DNA of 55,727 bases, the filler included, from Diploschistes diacapsis (taxonomy: Eukaryota), in assembly GCA_023645945.1 (NCBI GenBank). It is 5 parts of 5 records of this genome, joined end to end, with 100 filler letters (N's around TTAATTAATTAA, not from the genome) between each part and the next. Parts side by side here need not be neighbours in the genome. Positions count along the whole stretch, not along the records: positions 44,700 to 55,727 come from JALAIB010000864.1; 4 more parts are not named here. One strand, written 5' to 3'. A program made the translations under genes and the position numbers. Under the pieces are notes generated by a model that was not told the origin of the DNA, ran no database searches, and saw only the letters and a list, made by a program, of their open reading frames with translations. This document shows positions 49,001 to 55,727 of this stretch, in pieces. How positions within the stretch are numbered: position 1 is the first letter of the stretch; every line of letters starts with the position of its first letter.

Positions 49001-51464
49001 GTCCACAGCTTCCGCAAGTATATCGTCCGCCGGTTTCTTGAGATTAACCTTGGCTGCATCTTTTGCATTGATGGCGAAACCGTTTTTCTGAGATCGAGCG
49101 CCAGGTTCAACCTGGCGAGCCACTTGGGATGACCCGTGGTCAAGCTCGTGGAGGAGGCTGTCAAGTCTTCCGACACTTCGCTGCCGGTCAACAACGGTCT
49201 CGAGGCGAGCAATCTCTCTTTGCATCATCTCCGTCCTCGTGTCGGCGTCGGCAAGCTTTTCTTCTAGAGAAGTGATGTAATCTTCTTGGGTATTGCCCGA
49301 GTCCCGGAGCCTTGAGATTTCTTTCCGTAGATCTGCCATTACGGCAGAATCCCGCTCCAGGCCAGCCATACTTCCGCCCATCTTTTCTTCCAAGTCGTGC
49401 AGATAGCGCTCTGTATTCGATTCTCGGTCGATCAGCTTCTGGATGCGGTTCTGCAATTGCTGGTTGATCGTCTCGACATGGGTGCATTTTGTTTCCCTTT
49501 CCAGGAGGTTACTCTCCGTAGAAGCCAAAGACGATCGGGTTTTGGACAGAGACGACTCCAACGACTGTATCGTCTTCTCGTATTCGAGAACGACCTGCTC
49601 TACTGCATCGGCAAACGATGTGGATCGTTTGATTCTTTCAATAGTGCTTCCACCAGCCGTACCGTTCGGCAGACCCATGTCCTGCGCTTCTTGCTCCCTA
49701 CCTCTCGTCATTTCCGAGATCAACATCGCATGCCGCTGGCTGAGAGCAGAGTAATTTTCTTCAATGTCAAGGAGTCGGTTTTGCAGATCCGCTTCCCTTT
49801 CGTTGTGTCTCTCGGCACGCTCTTGAGAATTTACACCATCTCGGCCTTGATCTTCCGAACGGCGTATCTGGTCACGCAAGAATTGAACCTCCGCTCTTAA
49901 CCTATCAATCAACGACTGTTTGTCCTGTTCATCAGGTACCGCTTGGATTTGGGGCTTTGCCTGGATTGCACGAGCCCGTTCCGCATATTGGATGGTGTTC
50001 AAAGTCTCGCTAAGATGGAACTCTGCTGGAGTAACACAGGCAATCATGTACGTGATAGCGCTACCGCCCAGTGAATCTTGTAGTAGGCGCGTGAGCTTTG
50101 AGTCTCGGTAAGAAATATGTGCCCCTGGCGATCGGGAAGAGAGTTGGGAGATGACCTTTCCCAAACTAGCAAGGCCGGCGTTTATCGATATGCCCTCCTT
50201 GGCCCGCTCGCCAGAGGCCCCGGTGTTCTTGAGGCGCTCGCTTCCAGCTAGATCGACAAAATGGAGCTTGCTGTCTACCGTGATCAATGCTTCAGCGCCG
50301 GATGCGGATTCCAGAGGCATCGACATTCGCTTTTCTTTAGCGGGAGCTTCTCGCGACTTCGATTTGCGTCGCACGAGGTTCACGCTAAAGACTGCGTGTG
50401 ACCGGGAAGATTTGGCATTAATAGCCGTGGAGTCTGTCTGTCGGATCGCGGACCCAAAGTTCAAAGCCTGTAGTAAGTCCTCCACAGAGTTGATGTCCAC
50501 TTGATGCAAACCGGTGAGAAGTATCCGTCCCTTGGTGTCTTCGCGAATTGTGACCGTCTGTCGTTCCAAAGGAGGGATAGAATCCGGTATCAGCAAGTCT
50601 CGTAGCTGTTCGTTGTATATCTATCCATAGTTAGTGGCCCACGCGGTTAGCTTCGCAACAGATTTCGGCATACCTCCACGTATGTCGCCTTCATTTGCCA
50701 TGTCTTTTCCGACCCTAGGGGGGGTTTGCCGGCGCCATGGTTCGGGACCGAGCTCATGGAATAGCGCAACGGATTGCGAAGGCTTGAGCCTTGCGTGCTT
50801 GCGCTTGATGAGTTCAGATTAGCAAAAAGAGCTGCAGCTGCCCTCGGCACGATCCCTATTGAACAGGTCAGACATGAAATCAGATATTTTGCTTTTTGAC
50901 CATTCTACGTACCCATCAAGCGTTGGCTCTCCTGCTCAGAGGGCCCAGAAGTTCCCATCGTAAACGACTTTCCGGCTCCAGACTGCCCGTAAGCCATAAC
51001 AGAGACATTGTAGCCCTGAAGGAATGAGTCCACACTATCGGCAATGTACTCCCATACGCCATCTTGCTGAACATCTTCCCCGAAGACCCGATCAAAAACG
51101 AAGGGTTTGCGGCCTTGCGGAACATCAACTGCCAGGTTGGTTGGGGAAATCGTATGGACCATCGACTTCTGAAAGCGTTGAGGGATCAGGTCGTATCCCG
51201 GATCGGAAGGCTTCAAGGGCGGCCGAACTCTTACAGCTGATGGCTTCTATCAGCATTTCGGTGCAAATGGATTTTGGTTTTCAGCCCGCTCCATAGCCTT
51301 CACTTACCAACTTGCACGGACGTCTTCGCATCTTCGTCAGATGCGCGGCTGCCGCCCTGTTTGCTACTTGTACTGAGTCGACTATTGCTCCTCGGCGGTC
51401 TCATCAGCGCGCTTCGCGGCCGTGGACGTTGGTCCGGCGAAGTCGGCGGAGAGGCGGCCATCAT
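46091..51464 (-). CDS. Kinesin motor with a long coiled-coil tail (kinesin-4/KIF21-KIF27-like)
   Basis: Exons 51464-51308, 51236-50913, 50855-50674, 50620-46673, 46624-46091. VAVRVRP, FVFDRVF, P-loop GQSGAGKS, SSRSH, DLAGSE, HISYRDSKLTRLLQDSLGG. Subfamily assignment is an inference. Confidence 0.92.
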
Positions 51465-52810
51465 CTTCACGCTCCGGTAATCTCCCCAGCCGTCACTCTA
51501 AATTGCGCGCATGCACAATGAGTGGAGGAAGAACGAGTATCAAGATCGTGAAGAGTGCGCAGACGGCTCAGAGACGTGCGACCTCGAGGCGAACATGAAG
51601 GGAGGGTAGCTCGGGCTTTTGACGTGATGCGGGATATGAGGCTCGGTGATGGGATCAGGAGTCACTATATCGGGAGAGGCAATTGAGGATGCGAGCGTGG
51701 AGGTAGTGATGCTCTCGTTCTCAAAGGTTGCGAAAGAGGTAAAATAGGAGTTGGAGAGTAATAAGGGAGGTTTTGAGGATATTCTGCTGGAGTCGAAGAT
51801 ACGAGAGTGAGGACGTGCCGCAGTCAGTCGAAGAAGTAAATTTTAATACTGAGCTAATCAATTAAGTGATAATGTAACTACCGCACCATTCAACTCTACG
51901 CTCTCACCAACCTTCTATCAGCAAATCCTTCCATCTTCCATCTTCCATTGGGTCTGATTCCCTCAAAAGGATCAAGATTTGCCTTTGCCCATTCTGAACC
52001 GGAGCCTTCTAAGGTGGCCATAGCACTTCTCCCCGGAGTCCTCATGGCAGACCTGCATACCACACAATGGAATGGGGATTTGCTCGCGTGGCAGGGAACC
52101 GACCGCTGTTCACTTTCCACCCCATTTTTTTCCCTTCATTACCGTTACCGTGGCTCTTACAGTCTGCCAGTCCAGTGTTCAGTGTTCCCTTGCAAGGTGT
52201 TTTCAACGTCTCGGAATTAACTTACGGAGAAGGTTGGCTCATACCAAAAATCAGGCTGAATGAAGAATTCCTCCTACCTTGCTCGTGATCTTTTCTTGGC
52301 ACACACACTAATATTTCTGCTGCTTCTGCTGACAAAGCAGTACGGAGATCTAAGTTAGTTACTGGGGGAAAATTAGATAAAAGTTGGATTGCGTAGCTTT
52401 AGCTTATCAGAAAATAATATAATCAACGAAAGATAATTAAATGATTAGATAATTACGACCTTTCTTGCGCCAGCGTATTACTTGTAATTTATATATAATA
52501 TATAACAAAATTTATGTATTGTCGATTCAGACTACTGATGAATGCGCGATCGTACCTGTAAGAACGCTTATGCAGAGTCAGGGGTACGTACTGCAGGATA
52601 TCGACAGTGCTGGAACCTGCATCTCCAAAACCATCCCAACACTTCTACCATGTCGCTTGTTGTACGATGGAGGGCAGTTTGAAGCCCTCAAAGGAGGTTT
52701 ATGCCTCGGAATCTGAATTGGTTTAACCGCCATAGAAGAACAACCGAGTACAAAAAGTCATAGAAGGGGAAACCGAAAGAGTGAAAGTCTGACCCCGGGG
52801 TTCTTACATA

Positions 52811-52910
52811 CAGTACTAGGCCAAAAGTAGTTAGGTACACCATAAGCGGCAGTAAAGAGTTGACTGTCCCTTTACTGCCGCTTATCCTAACTACTTTTGG
52901 CACCTGACTG
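52811..52910. mobile_element. 100-bp Tc1/mariner-type MITE (foldback element)
   Basis: TA|CAGT...ACTG|TA. 25-bp TIRs at 52811-52835 and 52886-52910 (20/25 match, including a perfect 16-bp block GCCAAAAGTAGTTAGG), plus an inner perfect 16-bp inverted repeat at 52842-52857/52870-52885. Confidence 0.8.
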
Positions 52911-53105
52911 TAGATAGGCTAAGAGCAATAAGGCTACTAATTAACCCCTTCTCGGCGAGCCGAGGTACAGTGCCCAATTGGGTAACGACGGGACCTCTAA
53001 TGCTCTCCGCAGCGCTGCTACATCGTGCTCAACTTAAGCAAAGCACTTACTTATTGAAGAATTAATTGCCCTTATCTCAAAAAGCTTCGTCTGCGTTGTT
53101 AACAA

Positions 53106-54409
53106 ATGAACGAAGGAAAGTCTTCCACCGGCATGCCACGCCGCCGTCTGGAGGCCATTGTGCAGCAGCTTGCTCCCCATGCAGGAAACTTTGAAAACAT
53201 CCCGCGCATTCGGAAAGTAGCTGCAGAGTCAACCGGCCCGTGAGCTCTACCCAGGCTCGATATCCGCTTTGTCTCAGCATGGAAGATGCTGAAAGCCATC
53301 TAGGAGGTGTAAAGACAAAGTCGTCATCATAACTGGTGCGTTTCCCGACGGTCAATATATTTGCCGTCGGTGGTTGGGGAAGCCCTCATGAGCTTGTTGC
53401 TACGCTTCGGCACGCCGTTCTGTCTATACTACCATTTACATTGCCCGTCTAAACGAGAACTTGAACGTAGGCTGCAACTCCCCCCTCGGCATCGGCCGCG
53501 CCTCCGCCCACCTCTTCGCCGCCAACGGCGCCCGCGCCGTCTTCATCTGCGACTTCAACGAAGAGCACCTGGCCACCCACATACGCGAGCTCAACTCTCT
53601 CTATCCCTCGGTCGAAGCGCACGCACGGCGCCTGGATGCCTCGGACGAGACGGCCGTCAAAGGCGTCATCGACGAGGCCGTCGCCAAGTACGGCCAGCTG
53701 GACGTGTTCTTTGCGAACGCCGGCATCGTCGGCACGCCCAAACTCTTCGAGGACGTTGAGAAGGGCGAGTTCGAGAGCACGCTGCGGACGAATGTAATCA
53801 GGTGAATGGAACCCCCCATCTCCTTCTTACTCTCCCTCACCCGCTTTTTCCCATTACCCGCACTCTCGATCCTGCCTGCCGCCCCCCTTTTCCCTTGCCC
53901 CTACACTCCCTCCCGCCCGAAGCACGCCGCAGCCAACAAGCCTCCCACCCAGCGTCTTCCTTGCCCTCAAGCACGCCGCCCCCGCCATGCGCCTCACCTC
54001 CCCCAGCAAGCCGTCGCCCCGGGGCTCCATCATCGCCACCGCCTCCGTCGCCGGCCTGCGCAGCAACGCCGGGCCCACCGACTACTCGGCCTCCAAAGCG
54101 GCCGTTGTCTCGCTCGTGCAGACGGCCGCCTACCAGCTCCCGCGCCAGAACATCCGCTGCAACGCCCTGTGCCCGGGCCTCATCGAGACGGGCATGACCA
54201 AGGCGACGTACGACGCCGCGAGGGAGAGGGGCACGGATGGGAAGATCGGCCAGATCAATCCGCTGGGCAGAGGCGGCGTGGCGGACGAGGTGGCGCGGGT
54301 GGCGCTGTTCTTGGGCAGCGATGAGGCGAGCTATGTCAATGGGCAGGCGGTTGCGGTGGATGGGGGGCTGTCGGCGGGGTTGCCGTATGTTTTGGGGAAG
54401 TTGGCGTAG
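53106..54409 (+). CDS. Classical short-chain dehydrogenase/reductase with an N-terminal PTS2-like signal
   Basis: Exons 53106-53239, 53304-53335, 53471-53801, 53953-54409. TGCNSPLGIG, FFANAG, catalytic S (ATAS) and YSASK, IRCNALCPG, YVNGQAVAVDGG. N-terminal RLEAIVQQL fits RL-x5-QL. Confidence 0.92.
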
Positions 54410-54945
54410 AGGGGATGGTGGTGGTGGAGGGAGGTGGTGGGTTCTGTGGACGGAGGGTGGGCTGTGTGATTGATCAATCGCACGGTTTAACGTATTCTGT
54501 TATGTATCGCTAAACATCGTTCTGTGGATGACTTGATAGCTCCCACTGTTGCCCTTCTCCGATCTGCTATCTTTGAGCCGGTGCAACCTGCTCTAGTCCC
54601 TTTGCAGGCACCAGCGCGGGCGTGTCGGCGATATGTCCTTTTCTCTGCCTTCTGGGGTGTCCATGCTCAGCTAAGTCTGCCAGTCGTTGGTCTCAACCTT
54701 GTATCTTAAGCCCCCTGCATTATGCATTCAAACAACCCAAGTGCTCACTGTGCCAAGGTCAGTAGCAGTTTACAGCCTTAGATGCACCCTTCACAATAAC
54801 CGCCTCATGCCGGCGTATCCGAATGCGTGCGACCATCTTGATGCCCTGGTGCTCTCCCAGTGCTCTTCGCAGTGATCGGCTAGCACAGGGTCTGATCATC
54901 TCCCATGCCACATTGGTTGAATAAAGTCGGGCTGCAACTCTCGAT

Positions 54946-55727
54946 TCATCCTTCAGCCTGCTTCGTAACCGCAGGGGCTCTTTCCGTATCCCATTCTTCC
55001 AGGTGCTCCCCTTTCCGCTTCCCTGGCACCGACAGCTCGCTGATGATTTCGGTTCCCCCAGACAGGCGTTCGATTCTCAACGGCTCGAGGACGTCGTATT
55101 TCTGGGGCTCCAGCTCATCCAGCCCAGGTACAGCAACCACAATGGTGGGGAACTCGCGTAGTATCTGACCGCGCAGGACCTGCTGTAACGTGCTGTCAGG
55201 GCTGATGGGCAAGATTGTTTGTGTGTGAGAGGTGGAACGCTCCGGCAGATGGAGATAGAATTTTCTCTTGTTTTCAGGCCTAGCCAACGTCAGTCTAGTC
55301 AACAGTCGAGGGCTAGGATACGTGCTGCAGCCTTTCCCTAAGCTCCTTCAAAAGCGTCTTCCGCCCCGCTATTGCCTCCGGCACCTGGACCCCTGCCGCA
55401 GCCACATAGTCCTGAATCGCCACTGGCCACGCCGCAGGTCCCTCCGGATCAAGCTGGCTCAGCACAGACACGTCATGCGCTTCCCTAACACTCATCGTCT
55501 CCAGCACAAGCGACGTGTGCCGGAAAGCATACTGCCACTCCACCGTCCACTGGATACACGCGCGCCTAAACGCAGATCAGCACTCCCAAACCACACACTC
55601 GCAATCGACACCCCACTCACTTCCTATTCCACCCCGTCCCATTCTCCACCGCCCTCCTCATCCCCGCCGGCGCCCTCCTAACCACCACGCCCCTCGCCAC
55701 CATCTTCCTCTCCAACCTCTCCTTCTC
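54946..55727 (-). CDS. BCD1: Box C/D snoRNP assembly factor Bcd1, 5' partial
   Basis: Exons 55727-55621, 55565-55322 and about 55266-54946 (last acceptor uncertain). RGVVVRRAPAGMRR..N..WNRKRACIQWTVEW, FYLHLP..ILPISPDSTLQQVLRGQILREFPTI. Confidence 0.78.

Noticed and set aside
14596..55727. A functional gene cluster spanning the window
   Set aside because: The genes are unrelated housekeeping loci on separate contigs; no biosynthetic core gene, transposase or defence locus was seen.

Overview
Eukaryotic DNA from a filamentous ascomycete (Pezizomycotina-type short GT-AG introns with CTRAC branch points). The window is not one contiguous locus. It is five contigs of 11113, 11091, 11059, 11036 and 11028 bp, in descending size order, joined by identical 100-bp N-TTAATTAATTAA-N spacers, so adjacency across a spacer means nothing. 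Contig 1: partial BUB2-like gene, SNT2, and a HELQ/Pol-theta helicase-only gene. Contig 2: a small orphan two-exon gene, a DUF6594-like gene with an apparent frameshift, PSF3, a single-pass CFEM protein and VPH1. Contig 3: two large low-complexity hypothetical proteins. Contig 4: EGD1 (NAC-beta), IPI1, NUP53-like, a CTR copper transporter, a roadblock dynein light chain, MPC2 and partial NDUFA2. Contig 5: partial ALG2, a kinesin-4-like motor, a PTS2-bearing SDR and partial BCD1. The strongest observations are a predicted single-nucleotide exon in EGD1 (34819), a 100-bp TA-flanked Tc1/mariner-type foldback MITE (52811-52910), a 1-nt frameshift in the DUF6594-like gene, a stop-free in-frame intron in the kinesin, and recurrent C-to-G skew switches inside genes. 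I found no new multi-gene system. All gene models were spliced by eye and family names come from recognised motifs; no database searches were run.
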